Assembly: GCA_013265495.1 (NCBI GenBank)
Contig: MU061579.1
Span: 5,021,146 to 5,085,145, forward strand
Length of the DNA stretch: 64,000 nt
Reading direction: 5' to 3'
Origin: Vicugna vicugna
Taxonomy: Eukaryota
This document shows, piece by piece, positions 1 through 12,588 of this stretch; within the stretch, counting starts at the first letter, position 1; every line of letters begins with the position of its first letter. The notes under the pieces are model-generated. The model was not told the origin of the DNA, made no database searches, and worked only from the letters and a program-made list of their open reading frames with translations. A program made the translations under genes and the position numbers.

Positions 1-133
1 GGCAATCCTGAGCTCTTAAGGCTGCTTTTTAAGCTTCTGTGACCCAGATCCTTGTCTATAATTATTCTGCCATTCTAAAGTCATGGCTTTCACCTCAAGA
101 CAGCTATTAATTTCCAGCCATCACCTCCATAAA

Positions 134-570
134 ATCAATTTTTAAAATTAATGTATAGTAATGCCAAATAACATAAATTACAATAAAATAAAATACTTAG
201 AAATAAACTGAACCAAAGATATACAAAGACCTCCACAACAAACATCTCAAAACATTTCTGAGAGAAATTAAAGATAGGAATGTGACATGGCATAGCTAAC
301 TTAGAAATCAAATAATACACTTAAGCATGTACCTGAGGGAAATACAAACATAAAGACTTGCAAATGAATGGTCTTATTAGCAGCTCTATTTGTAATTTTC
401 AAAGACTGAAGAAAAATCCAAAGTTTTTTATTCAGCAGGTGAATAAGTAAACAGCATGCAGTATATCCATACAATGGAATACTATACAACAAAAAAGCAA
501 ACACATTATTAACATGAATAACAACATGAATGAATCTCAAAATTAGTATGTGAAGTTAAATAAACCAGAC
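134..570 (+). mobile_element. Old L1 (L1M/L1ME-type) ORF2 and 3' fragments
   Basis: Diverged L1 motifs AAAATACTTAGAAATAAACTGAACCAAAGAT and TATATCCATACAATGGAATACTAT...ACAACATGAATGAATCTCAAA. Family from recall; boundaries approximate. Confidence 0.7.
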
Positions 571-1056
571 AAGGACACTACTCAGCCGTAGAAAAGAATA
601 AAATAATGTCATTTGCAGTGACATAGGTGGACCTGGAGATTGTCATATTAAGTGAAGTCAGCCAGAGAGAGAAAGAAAATTATCATATGATATCACTTAC
701 ACGTGGAATCTAAAAAAAAAATCAGACAAATGAACTTATTTACAAAACAGAAATAGACTCACAGATAAAGAGGCAAACTTGTGTTACTAGGGGAGTAAGG
801 GGTAGTGTAGGGATTAATTGAGAGTTTGGGATTTGCAGATACTAACTACTATATATAAAATAGATAAACAGCAAGGTCCTACTGCATACTACAGAGAACT
901 ATATTCAGTACCTTGTAATAGCCTATAATGAAAAAGAATATAAAAAGAATATATATATGTATATTTATGTACAACTGAATCACTATGCTATACATCAGAA
1001 ACTAACACAACATTGTAAACCAACTATACTTCAATTAAAACAAAAACAAAAATAAC
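571..1056 (+). mobile_element. 5'-truncated artiodactyl-type L1 3' end with A-rich tail
   Basis: TACTCAGCC...TCATTTGCAGTGACATAGGTGGACCTGGAGATTGTCATATTAAGTGAAGT, then 3'UTR CAAATGAACTTATTTACAAAACAGAAATAGACTCACAGA...AACTAACACAACATTGTAAACCAACTATACTTCAATTAAAA and an (A)n-rich tail. No TSD recognised. Confidence 0.9.
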
Positions 1057-1084
1057 AAATATTTTCATAGAGTAATATTTTTTA

Positions 1085-1334
1085 AAATTCACTTTTTAAC
1101 ATGGAAAAATATTTTTCAGTCCTTCATATGATTTTATTTTCTCACATCAACACAATAAGAGGATATCTAAATTTTGTCTTAATCGGAGGGTCTGTAAACA
1201 CAGGCTTATGCAGTGTACATACAGGTAAGACAAACACTGTTTCTTGAAGTGGTCCTACCATGGACCCTCTTGTCATCCAACCCAAGTCTCCCACTTTCCT
1301 GGCTTTATCTTCACTGTATTGTGTGCACACTTCA
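1085..1334 (-). pseudogene. PIN4: 5'-truncated processed pseudogene of parvulin-type peptidyl-prolyl isomerase PIN4 (Par14)
   Basis: ORF 1142-1330(-) reads [53 protein letters not shown], matching the PIN4 C-terminus as I recall it ([62 protein letters not shown]). An apparent 1-nt deletion near the end gives an out-of-frame TGA. The native AGA AAA TAA (stop at 1134-1136) and 3'UTR start AATCATATGAAGGACTG remain. The N-terminal half is absent. Confidence 0.93.
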
Positions 1335-3664
1335 ACAAAAAGACCCTGAAATTGTTACAAGTGACAAAGGCCGAGTAAGATCATATGAAAGAAAGAGATA
1401 AAATATGTGTAGCTAATCTAGATAAAGTATAATGGGAACGTATATATATATATATTTTTTAATATTTTAAAAGTGTGAGAATGTTTAAATTTTGATGAGA
1501 ATGGCCTAATTGAGGTTGATTAACATGAATTTATCATGATATCAGCAAGTCCAGCTGTGTGATTTTTTTCAGCAGCTCTCAGGAGTCTGCATGAAGGCAA
1601 AGAGGAAAGCGAAATCTGAATGAAAGCTTTGTGTGTGTGTGGATGTCTGTGTGTATGTTTATGTCTTTCCCTAGAAAGCTGTAACAAAAGCAGAAGGGCA
1701 AAGAAATTGAGAAAATTGTCAAGATTCATGGAAAAGTTGAGCCATGATAAGAAGGCACTAGCACCAGAGTTTTGGTTACAACCATAAGAATTGAACCAGA
1801 CAATACACTTATTAAATGATGTTTCACACCTCATGGACTCTGCAATAGTGCCAGAGAGTTTGGCAGGAAGAGTCACTGAACCAGAAAAAGTACACAGAAT
1901 GGGATGGGGATTGCTTTAGGGAAGAAACTACTCTACAACCATTCTGCGATGCGTAGTTTATCAAAGGCATCATGGCTTTTATACATATATCAAGGTGGGG
2001 GCAGCAAAATTCCTGACCCTGCTGTCCTCAAAAAGCTAAATATCTTCAAATCTTCCTAAATAAAAACTGAATTCTGTGCATCTTTGGTCCTATGACTAGA
2101 AAGGCAAGTTTTAGCTTCTACATTGATACATGCGAATAGAAGTTGGATACGTTTCCCAGGCTGAAGAAAAGAGTTCAAAAGATGCTTGATGATAACCACA
2201 TGAAAAATGTTTATTCTACATGTCTGTCCCTGTGTAATTCTCTGAATTTTCCCTTATCTATTCTCAAAGATTGATAAGAAGCATGGCTTTGAGGGATGAA
2301 TTCATACTTTTCACTCTTCCCAGGACTTGCCACACTGGTCTTTGCTAGCACCAATGTCTGGAAGACATACTTTGGGTCCTTGTTAGTAGAATAATGCACA
2401 GATGCCTCCGTGTTAACTCAGCTGTTTAAATACACATTTTCAAACAAAATATTTGCAGCACTGATGCCAAATTCCTCCCGACATTCGCAGTAATATTGAA
2501 TTTGACTCAACCAAACAAGTGCAACAATATCCCGGACACAAGTTTCATCTAGGCTTTATCTGGTGAGAATGTCTAACACTTTTTTGTCTTGTCTTCAGTT
2601 TGGAAAAGAATTTGAGAAAGTACTGGTGATTGAAGTTGTACAGCCATTAAATTCAAAAGGCAAGCTACTACTATTTAAAGCATTTTCTAGCTTAATGTTA
2701 AATTGTCCTTAAAATAGTTCTGGTTTAAGCCTGCAAAAGCTTTACAATGTGCTCAGTCTCTGTAGAATATTTTTCTCTAAGGTTGAAACTAAATTACTAT
2801 GACAATATCTTCAATGTTACTTAAATAAGAACTTTGAAATCTCAGAGAATGTGTGACAAGTAATTCCTGTATCTCTTTGTTACATAACCACACTTAAAAA
2901 CAGAAGTCGGTTTTTTTTTTTAATGACAAAGACTCAGTTCAAAGTAACTGTTTCAGATAAGCACACACAGAAACATACACTTAGAAAAAATAATGAGATG
3001 CTAGTAAGACCTAATTTCCCCCTATTTGAATATACCTCCATCACAGTATTTAGAGAAGAGTGTACCATGGTCTGATATATGCAGATACCTCTCCAATGTG
3101 TACTCTCAGTGCCTTGATTATGCCTGTCTATATCTGTGCTTCCTAGTGTCTCACAGGACATCTCAGGAAGTTTATTATACCCCTAGTAAATATAGGGTTT
3201 TTATAAAGGTAAAAGGAAGAGACATTAAGAACGGATGAGAAACACAAAAGTGGAATACAAGCAAGCAATCCGGGAACAAATGTATTCATATTTTCTCCTG
3301 GTCACCATATAGAGAGTTAAATATGCTAGTCATGCCATGGCAAATACCACTATCACTATTATTATGTTACTGGTATGAACAGGTGTTGCTTCACAAGAAA
3401 TAATCCTGTGATGTGTATTATCATATTTATACACCAAAATTGAAACTGAGACTTGAATGGATACACACTTTGATTGGGGGGGGGGAGGCTATAATTATTG
3501 ACAAATTTTATAGCCTAAAACTGTGATTAGAGTGAGAAGAAAGTAGAAAATATATGAAGAGACAGGGCATTTAGAATAGAGAGAAGAAACAAAAAGTAGA
3601 ACATGATAATGGTTCTCTGTGTGAAACAGAGGGAATAAAGTTGAAAATAAAGTTGAAATTACTG

Positions 3665-3795
3665 CTTAAACAGGAGTTGTGTGACTTTCTGGTTGTGTGA
3701 CCTTGGGTATGTTAATTTTTCTGAATATCTATTCTTCCTATATAAAATGTGGGTATTAACACAACCTCTAGATGGTTCCAAGGACTAAATCAGAA
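3665..3795 (+). mobile_element. MIR SINE fragment
   Basis: MIR core-like TGTGTGACCTTGGGTATGTTAATT...TCCTATATAAAATGTGGGTATTAAC. Confidence 0.65.
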
Positions 3796-4025
3796 ACAAA
3801 TAAACAAATACCTGCTGGATAAAATTTGTTTTATTGATATTTTTAAGGTATTTTTCTTTATACCCTGGCCTCTGTCTTATTCAGACAGTTAGCTGTCTAA
3901 TGGTCTCTAAGACCTCAAGGAGAGATGCTGCAGGAAAAACAAAAAAGAAAGAAAGAAAAAGAAGGAAAGAAGTTTTCACCTCAAATAGAAATGCTCTTAG
4001 GAAAATTAGGACAAAAGTAATAAAC

Positions 4026-5470
4026 TTCATGCATGCATTCTTTAATTTAATAAAGATCTATTTATCACCAACCATGCTCCAGATTTTGTTTTTGTTACTT
4101 AGAAGACATCAATGAAAAAGCAGCATAGATTTTTGCCCTATTAAGCTTTTAATACAGATGTAAGACAAAAATTACCAGTAAATATTGTAAGTAAATAATA
4201 ATTTACAAAAAAACCCAGACAATAATAGGCTAAAGGAGATTTACAGTGGTCAAGGTTGGAGGAAAACTTGTAACATTAAATAGGGTAGTCAGGGATAGAG
4301 CTAACTGGGAAGATAGCATTTGAGCCAAGATTTGGAGGAAGGGCTAAAATTAGCCAAGTGAATAACTAGGGATTGAGTAATCCCCTCAGAGGATATATAA
4401 AGGAAGAAACAAACAAACAAAAACCAAAAAACAAAACTAAGATGGGACTACTCTTAGCATATTTTAATTGTAAGGGGGAAACTGGTGTAGCTGGAGATAA
4501 ATAAGCAATGAATGAGAAGTAGATGATGAAGTTAAAGGTAATGGAGAATTAATCCCCTAGAGGTAATAAGGGAGCTACAGAAGGACCCTGTAGACCATTT
4601 CAAGGACTCTGACATTGCATTTGCTGTATGATATTTTGATGGAGAGCGATTATAAGAAGGTGGCCAGAAAAGTGACATGATCCACTTAACTCTGCTGAAG
4701 AATAAAGAATAAACAGTAGGAGTCCAAGCATGGAAGCAGAGGAATCTATTAGAAGGCTATTTGTACTAATCCAAGGGTGAAATGATAGTGGCTGGAGACA
4801 GACTGGTAGTAATACAGGGTGGTAAATAACAGTATTTTTGGTGCATTTAGAATGTTAAACAAATATGACTTGTAATACATCCAACAAAGAATATGAAAGA
4901 GAAAATCAAGAATGCTTTCAAAATGTTTGCTCTAAACAAGTGGAAAGACTGAGTTGTTGTCAATCAATTGAAGAATGATTATTGGTAGGCATGTTTTAGG
5001 GGGAGGAAGAGCAAATCTGCCATGGTCGTGGTAAATCTGAGATACATTAAATATCCAAGTGGAAATGTCAAGAGTGGTGGAATATCAGGATATAAGACTC
5101 TACAAGAGAAAAAACAATATTGGGGGTTATCAATATATAGATGGTATTTAAAGCCATGAAATTTGACTGCATCATCTTAGAATTACTGCTCTGACATTAA
5201 GTTGTTGAGAGAAGAAGAATAAGGTAAATATATTATGAGTCCAAGATACGGGAACTAATGTCCAAATAAGTGAGTGTGTTTGAGAGAAAATTATGCATGG
5301 CTAGGAACAAAGAAAGTGTCTGCAGATATCTGTGCAGGTAGATGTGCAGATATGATGATGGGAGTCTATGGAATTGCTTCCACTTATCCTAGTGAAGTAC
5401 AAAGTGAGGATGAGTGTGGAAGGAATTATGGAGTGACCGACCACAGAGGAAAAGGCGTGAACTAGTGAGT
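4026..5470 (-). mobile_element. L2 (LINE2) fragment including 3' end
   Basis: Starts with a reverse L2 tail-like sequence (TTCATGCATGCATTC...TATTTATCACCAACCATG), followed by typical purine-rich antisense L2 (GGAAGCAGAGGAATCTATTAGAAGGCTATT; ATATCCAAGTGGAAATGTCAAG; ATATAGATGGTATTTAAAGCCATG). Confidence 0.75.
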
Positions 5471-5714
5471 CCTGATAGTGAGAGAGTAAGTGAATTAGCA
5501 GAGTATAATTTGAGAGCCAAGAAGTACCAAAAACCATACACATAGTTATGAGAGATCCAGTCCATGTGGTTGGGTGTTTTCCTTCCAACTGTGCAAAGAT
5601 GCACAAGAATAAACACAGAACAGAAAGAGTCTAGGCTTTAACCATGGTTTTGGTTTAGTGTCCTTCTCATTCATATGTCTCATCTAATCAATGACTTTTC
5701 ATTGCTTTTTACTT

Positions 5715-6200
5715 TACAGATTTTAAATCACCCCAATTCTCTCTAATCCCTCTCACCTCTAAGCAGCTCAGGAACCACTATCACTTTCAAGGATAACTGC
5801 GACATTTGAATTGTTCTCTCTTTCCTTTCAGTTTAATGCGATGTCTCTATCAATATATTTTCAATACTAAGAAAAGACTGTTATAAAATGAAAATGTGAT
5901 CATGTCTCTCCCTCCCAAAAAGTCAATAAAATTCCATCACTCTTAAGAAAATGTGTCAAATTCCAATCCTTTCATGACATGGATTTTCCTTATTAATGCT
6001 CTGGCTCTATATTCTGTCACATTTCCCTTGGTAATCAACATTTTACCTACATAGAATTATTTGCTGGCTCATGAGATGACATGTTTTTTTATACCTCTGG
6101 GCTCTTGCACAGGGTTATTTCTACTTGTCTGGACTACCTAACTATAGCTTCCTGCTCCCTGGCTCACTTTGTCTTTGCCTGGAAAACTTTGATTAGGTAA
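5715..6200 (+). mobile_element. L2 fragment
   Basis: L2-like TAAAATGAAAATGTGATCATGTCTCTCCCTCCCAAAA and CCTCTGGGCTCTTGCACAGGGTTATTTCTACTTGTCTGGA. Confidence 0.6.
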
Positions 6201-7182
6201 GCCCAAGAAAGTGCTTAATGCTAAGGTACATTTTAATTTAGTAGTGGATATGGTTTCCGTCACTTCCCTTTCCAGACTGATTTATTATTTGTTCAGTAAC
6301 AGAAAAATAGCATATGATTTTCCAAAAGTCCTACTGAATTTACAGGGAAAATATTTGCTATTATTAACAACATTAATCACAAGTATCTGTGATGAAGATA
6401 TTCCCCTCTTCTCTTTTATTAAACAGATGTATCCTCTTATGGAAGAAAAATGAACTGAAACTCAATCTCCAATTAGGAAATTAGTGGTTGAATATAGTGG
6501 AGTTATTTTGATTTCTTCTATGTCATTACATAAGAAACTTACTAAGAAAAAGCATTGAAAATAAAAAGTGTTCCTTTTGGATGGTGGAAAATGATTTCAA
6601 TGACAATACTTCCAGGGCATTTGAATTTAATGAAAACATAATCATTAATTTTGATTGCTATTACTTAAATTGCCTAATACCATTTTCCTTTAGCAGAATC
6701 AAAAGGGTAATTTCAAACTAAAAATGGCAAAAGACACTGATCTGAGGCGAGAAATATTGCTCAATCAATTTCTTCCCATGCTTTCAAAAGTCAGTGAGCT
6801 CTTCTTTCTAAATCAGATAATAATGGATTTTTTTCCTAATGGGTGAACCAAATGAGGGCATAAAGATTTAGTCATAGATTTTTTCTGTACTGATACAAGT
6901 TTATGAATAAATGGACAATATTTCTAAATGAGTCCAAGCATTTACAGTTTCAGCCAAGTTGTTCCAGAGTAATAATACAACTGTAAATGTTTTGTCATCA
7001 TCTTTTATTATTTAGTAAGATATTTTTGAGAGATTTATCTTTGAGTATGTGTTATCTAAGAATGTGTGCCAGTAACTGGGGTATTTCCTCTTGGATGCAT
7101 TCCTATCAGTTCCTCTTGTTTTGCTTAGTGTTGTAGGAACAAAATCGTTCAAGTGTTTGCCTTTGGGCAAATAGTAGAAATT

Positions 7183-7252
7183 GGAAGAATATAAGTCAAG
7201 TGTAGGAAGAATGTAGGCCAAGTGTAGGAAGAGTATAGGTCAAGTGTAGGAA
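7183..7252 (+). repeat. 22-bp tandem minisatellite, about 3.2 copies
   Basis: GGAAGAATATAAGTCAAGTGTA (7183-7204), GGAAGAATGTAGGCCAAGTGTA (7205-7226), GGAAGAGTATAGGTCAAGTGTA (7227-7248), plus partial GGAA. Confidence 0.9.
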
Positions 7253-7259
7253 CGAAGTG

Positions 7260-7600
7260 AGATTATTTCTAAGCTCTCTGTTTCCAGTGGCCTCACTGGC
7301 ATCAGCTCTTTCTTTCCATTATTCTCTTTGCTACAAAATAGTCCTTTCTTCTGTGTCTCACTCAGTTCCTGATGAGGTTTAGCCCTTGCCATAGAGCACA
7401 AGTCTCAGGGCTGTCATACTATCTCTTCTTTTATGTGTTTCCCAGTCTTAGGAGTGGTAGTGCTTCCTGTTGTTTCTAATCTCTACTTACTTTCTCAAAA
7501 ATCGTGTTCCTTGGGTCTTCAATAATCCATGTAACCAATTCCCTGGGTTAAATTTCCACTTAGATGGCTTTCAGTTTCTCTGCTTACAAATAGACTGTTG
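7260..7600 (+). mobile_element. Possible old ERVL-class LTR remnant
   Basis: 3' end TGTAACCAATTCCCTGGGTTAAATTTCC...GGCTTTCAGTTTCTCTGCTT...GACTG resembles old ERVL/LTR33-type U5 ends. Weak similarity. Confidence 0.35.
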
Positions 7601-8689
7601 TTTATTTTTCAGGGATAAAGGGATAAAGACTAGAGAAACTGTAAGGTGATTCTTCTCATGAGACTGAATTAATCTCTTTGATAAAGCTGTACTTCCAACT
7701 CAACCCTAAAAGGGGGGGAAAAAAAAGACTCACGTTCTTGGAAATTAAAATTTTATATTTCACATTACATATTAAGAAACTGACAAAGAAAATCTCATTA
7801 TGATGCTGCCTGGATGACACATGAGTATTTGCCCCCTTCTTGATGTCTGAAGTCAAGGAATGCCACCAATACATTTCTAGTGCTTTGTATGCATTTCATA
7901 AGCACATTTAATGCACCTAGAATCCAAAGAAATATAATACACAAGCTCTCCTCTTAAAGATGTAGTGGGAGAGAGAGACACATGAACAGAAAATTAGAAA
8001 AACGAAACAATGAATAGAATATAGATACGCATATAGCAACATACAAACATACAAGACAAGAATAAAACTCAGCCTGAAAAGACTTGTGGAAGGTCTCATA
8101 AAAGAGTTAAGTGTAATTTTAAATATAACAGAAATATCTCTATTTGTGAATTCCGTAGAATACCTTCCTTACATATGGCATGTATTTCCAGAGATCTCTG
8201 TAATAACTCATTTACCTTAGTAACAAGAGACACAGTCCAGACCCTCACTGGTACATCTAATAATCTGATAAAAATTCTCACACTTTCCTCTTCTACAATT
8301 CTTTTCTTAACCAACGAATTAGTCCATATATTCATTTTTTAAATGTTTCTTCCATCTTTACTTCTTACTGTAAATTCATTGTTAGTTTCCTTCTAGTAAC
8401 TGACTGCCTTAAAGCCATTTCATGTGAAATCTGTATTTCTTTTTTTCCTGTTTCACTCCTGTATTTGGGGCCACAGGTTTGGGTACATTCTTTTCTTGTG
8501 TCTCACTACTGTTTCTAAACAATTTCTTCTCTTGTCTCAATATAACAACTTTCTTTTTGTGTCTTTTTGACAATTTTCTGCTATTTTCCCCTCCAATTCC
8601 ATTGAGGTTTTCCTTTTCAGATTTGTTCCTTATTTCCAGCTTTCTAAACTCAATGATTAGTTATCTTTTCATATTTTTAAACTCAGATG

Positions 8690-10260
8690 TATTTAGAAAA
8701 ATTGATAACTTTACCCTTTTGTTTGCTTTCTTTTACCCTGCACTGTGTGAATTTTCCCACCTCGCTGACGAATCCTCTCCCTTCTTTTCTGTTAGCTCCC
8801 CCCTCTCCTGCTTAAAGCTGTGGATGCATGTTAGGCTTTCTCCTATCACTGCATCCATGCTCTCCAATTAGCATGTGGTCAGGCGCTTAGATCTTAAACA
8901 ACTATAATCTGTGATTCTGTTCTGAATCTTCAGTACTGACTTTTCTACAAAATTCCGGATATGTACATTCAATGCTCACTTGATAGCTTGTCTTAGACGT
9001 GTAGTAGGCAATTCAAACTGAACATGGGCCCAAAAGGCTTATCGATTATTTCCCAAAATCTGTACCCCTCGCAGTCTGAAAACTGTCTTCCCCTTAGAAA
9101 ACTCCACAATGAGCAATTATAGTTTCTCGCACCAAAAATGTATATTTAATTTGGGATAATTCTTTTACCCCCTATCAATCCACTGGCAATTAATTTTATC
9201 TCTAACTCCAATCATATCTGAAATTCATCTAATAAAATCTATTATCTCTATGACCACTGTTGAGAAAGCCATAATCATCTCTCACCTGGCCTCTATGCTC
9301 CATGGTCTAGTTTTGATCTTCTATAATTCATTCTTCAAAATGAAGCTAACATGACCTTTTACAAACAGTTATGATCATGACACTTTAATAATTAAACCAC
9401 ACATATCTAAGTAAATTAGCTATAATTTCTTTATCTGGATTACTTTTGCTCATATTATAGGCCAGGAATACATATTAATTCTTCAGGGAAGTGCTAGGGA
9501 AACTTTCTTAAACTCCCTAAATTAGGTTAGGTCTCATTGGTAAATGCTATCAGTATTCTGCATTTCTTCTCATAACTATCATCACAGTTATCATCATGAA
9601 AAAAAATGTATATAAATCAGCTTGCGCTGCCATAACAAAATACCAATGACTGGTTATCTTAAGCAAAGAACTTACTTGTCACGTCACACTTCTAAAGGCT
9701 GGGAAGCCCGACATCAAGGGGCTGGCCTATGTAGTCCCCAGTGGAGCTTTCTTCCGGACTTGCAGACTGCCTCCTTCTCTCTATGTGCTTATATGACCTC
9801 TCCTTTGTGTGTGTATGTGGGAGGTTGAGAGAGAGCAGGCGGAGGAGAGAGACGAGTCAGAGCCAGAAAGAGCTAGTTAGCCCTCTGGGTTTTCTTTTGA
9901 GAGCATTAATCCCATCATGAAGTCTCCACCTTCATAATCTCATCAAACCTTAATCACCTCTCAAGGGACTCATCTCCAAAATAATCATATTGGGGTTAGG
10001 GATTCAAAATATGAATTTTGGGTTGAGGGGAACACAAATATTCAATCCATAACACATCTTATAAAAGAAGTTACATAAATATTTAATGAGTGTAATACAC
10101 ATGTATTATTATTTTTATATTTTCCTTTATAATGTAAGGTACATGAGAGCAAACAACATTTCTATCTAATATGTGTGTGTGTGTATATATATATATACAC
10201 ATATGTATCTGTATATATATATAGTGATAAATAAATGTTTGTTGAGCAAATGAATAACTT
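8690..10260 (+). mobile_element. L2 fragment with 3' tail, interrupted by an MLT1A-type LTR
   Basis: L2 body motifs (CAAAATTCCGGATATGTACATTCAATGCTCACTTGA; ATAATCATCTCTCACCTGG) and tail ATAAATGTTTGTTGAGCAAATGAAT at about 10230-10256. Confidence 0.7.
9609..10054 (-). mobile_element. MaLR solo LTR (MLT1A-like)
   Basis: GCTGCCATAACAAAATACC...TTCTAAAGGCTGGGAAG...CATTAATCCCATCATGA...TTGGGGTTAGGGATTCAAAATATGAATTTTGGG...ACACAAATATTCAATCCATAACA is the reverse complement of the MLT1A consensus. Confidence 0.88.
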
Positions 10261-11534
10261 AATGTGCAACTGAAATAAAGCTTGGGTCTCAAAATATAGA
10301 CTGAAGCCACAGGTGAGGATTGAAGTTATTGTAATAGCTATGTGATGTTGTCAAGAAAATACACTTAAAAAAAGAAGAGAATGTAGCAAAAACTTTGCAG
10401 TAGTAGTTCTCAAAAAAAGAACCATAAGTTTGAAGACAATGGTATGACAGACTTGGTTTTGGTTACAAAACTCACAGACAATCTCATTTTTATTTTTATT
10501 TTTCTACTTTTTAAGCCTTTTGTCCTACTGAGTCAATAATTAAGAACTAATAATTATTTACTGAATAAGAAGAAATTTCAAGAATTTTTGGCATTCTCAG
10601 CATCGTCCTAACTTACTTCAAATTGTCTGGTATAAATTAAAAGACAATGCTTAGTATTAATCTTAAGATGGGATATACATATATACAGAGAGAGAGAGGG
10701 TGAAATGGAAGAAAAAGCAAATTCAATAGTGTCAGTGAGACTGATTTCAGGCATTTTAACAGGTTTCCCAAGACAAAATATAAATATGCATTATCTTCAA
10801 CTCAGGTTGGGAGTACAACTTCTGAGTTTGTCCCTAGTGTTGTCTATTAGTTGCTTCTGGAATCCAGACCTAGAATAGAAATATGCCCGAAGGGCCTTTT
10901 TGGCCTTTCAAAGGATCTACTCATCTCTAATGTTAACCAGCTGCAGCTGTAAACTGCTTCAGCAAGAAAAAACACACATATACACCAAATGAAAACACAT
11001 CTTTTTTTTTTCCAAAACTATTTTACGTTAGCTATCCATCTTTCACAAACATCTGCCAGTAAGATATTGAGCAAGCAGTTAGAAGAAGCGACATCCACAA
11101 AGCTTACTGCTGTTTCCCCTCCTCACTCACATGATTACATCTAATAACCAGTTGGAACCTGTGAGATTTACTGCTTTTGCAGAAGGCCTGGGTGTGGGGA
11201 AAATATTGGTCAGGGTGACGTTTTAAAATGAAAAATATAGCTTTACTCTGGTCTCAGAATCTTTATAAAATTTACTCAGTGGGGGTTAACTGCCCCTGCC
11301 CTGGCATGAAAATATGGCAGGCCCTATGCCTATCTGACTTATTTTTAGATAGCATACACCATTGAAGGCAATGTTAAGAGCTAACAGAGTCACCATTTAG
11401 TAAATACATTTCTAATACAAAACTAAATTTTAAAAATCACAACTATATATAATATAAATTATGTCTCCTCTCCCCAGGTCAGGTCTCTGAGTGAATGGAA
11501 ATGTCTTATTGCCCACAACGCTATCTACACTTTA

Positions 11535-12082
11535 TTTACTTTTAATAAATTTTATTTTTTAGAGAGTTTTAGGTTCACAGCAAAACTGAAAGGGAGGAAA
11601 AGGGCTCTTCTGTCTCCCTGCCCCGAGACATGCCTCCCCGGTTATCAACATCCCCCTCCAGATGGGCACATTTGTTGCACCCGATGAACGTACACTGACA
11701 CATGATAATCACCCAAAGTCCACAGTTCACATTCGTGTTCACTCTTGGTGTTATGTCTTCTATGGATTCAGACAAATGTATACTGGCATGTAGCCATCAC
11801 TATAGTATCCCTCTACCCCCACCTGCTGGCAACCACTGGTCCTTTTATTGTTTATTGTCCACAGTTTTGCCTTTTCCAAAATGTCATATACTTGAACTTA
11901 TATTGTGTGTAGCCTTTTCAGATTGGCTTCTTTCACTTAGTAATGTGCATTTAAGATTCCTTCAAGTCTTTTTATGGTTTGACAGCTCATTTATTTTCAG
12001 CACTGAATAATATCCCATTGTCTGGATCACCAGAGTTTATTTATCCATTCACCTACTGAAAGACATCTGAGTTGCTTCTAAG
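11535..12082 (-). mobile_element. L1MC1-like 3' end
   Basis: TTTTAGGTTCACAGCAAAACTGA...TACACTGACACATGATAATCACCCAAAGTCCACAGTT...GGCAACCACTG...TTTTCAGATTGGCTTCTTTCACTTAGTAATGTGCATTTAAGATTCC. This is the only clear antisense L1 in the window. Confidence 0.88.
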
Positions 12083-12439
12083 TAATGTAGTAATGTATTC
12101 TACTTATAAAAATAAAATAAGCTACAATTCTACTTCTGAAAGAAAGAAATGAGTTTCACAGTAAAATTACGTCCATACCAATAATAAAATGTTTTTGCCA
12201 ATTAATATTGACTGATATATTACCACTGATACACAATTTTTCATTAAAAAGAAAAGTTTATTAATGTATTATAATTATCATTATGTATCAGAAAATGGAG
12301 AAACAAGATTAATAAGATAAAATTTGCCTTCTTTGAGTTTACAGTGGAAATGTGAGTGGAGTCTTCCTTACTACGGAAACTACTTGCCATCTAGGTCAGT
12401 ATTACTTGATGCCAATTAGAAATGTGATTTTTTATCTTG

Positions 12440-12537
12440 ATTCCAAGAACTTCTGATTTACTCAACTTCTCTGGGTCCCTAAATATGTATTTTTAATATG
12501 CATCTCAGATGATTCACGTATTTGAGAACCACCACTG
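12440..12537. mobile_element. Possible MER5-type (hAT-Charlie) fragment
   Basis: TTCTGATTTA...ATGTATTTTTAATATGCATCTCAGATGATTCACG...TTTGAGAACCAC resembles the MER5 terminal region. Confidence 0.45.
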
Positions 12538-12588
12538 TTCCAAAGAATGAGACTCCAGAGAGGTACAAACAGTAAAACACAATGCAAT

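Noticed and set aside
1142..1330. Functional PIN4 coding exon
   Set aside because: No N-terminal half, no ATG at the start, many non-conservative changes and a frameshift before the native stop.
7183..7252. CRISPR-like repeat array
   Set aside because: Head-to-tail units without spacers, mammalian context, no cas genes.
8479..8871. 130-aa Phe/Leu/Ser-rich ORF resembling a membrane protein (similar at 16347-16663)
   Set aside because: Artefact of T/C-rich low-complexity and L2-derived DNA.
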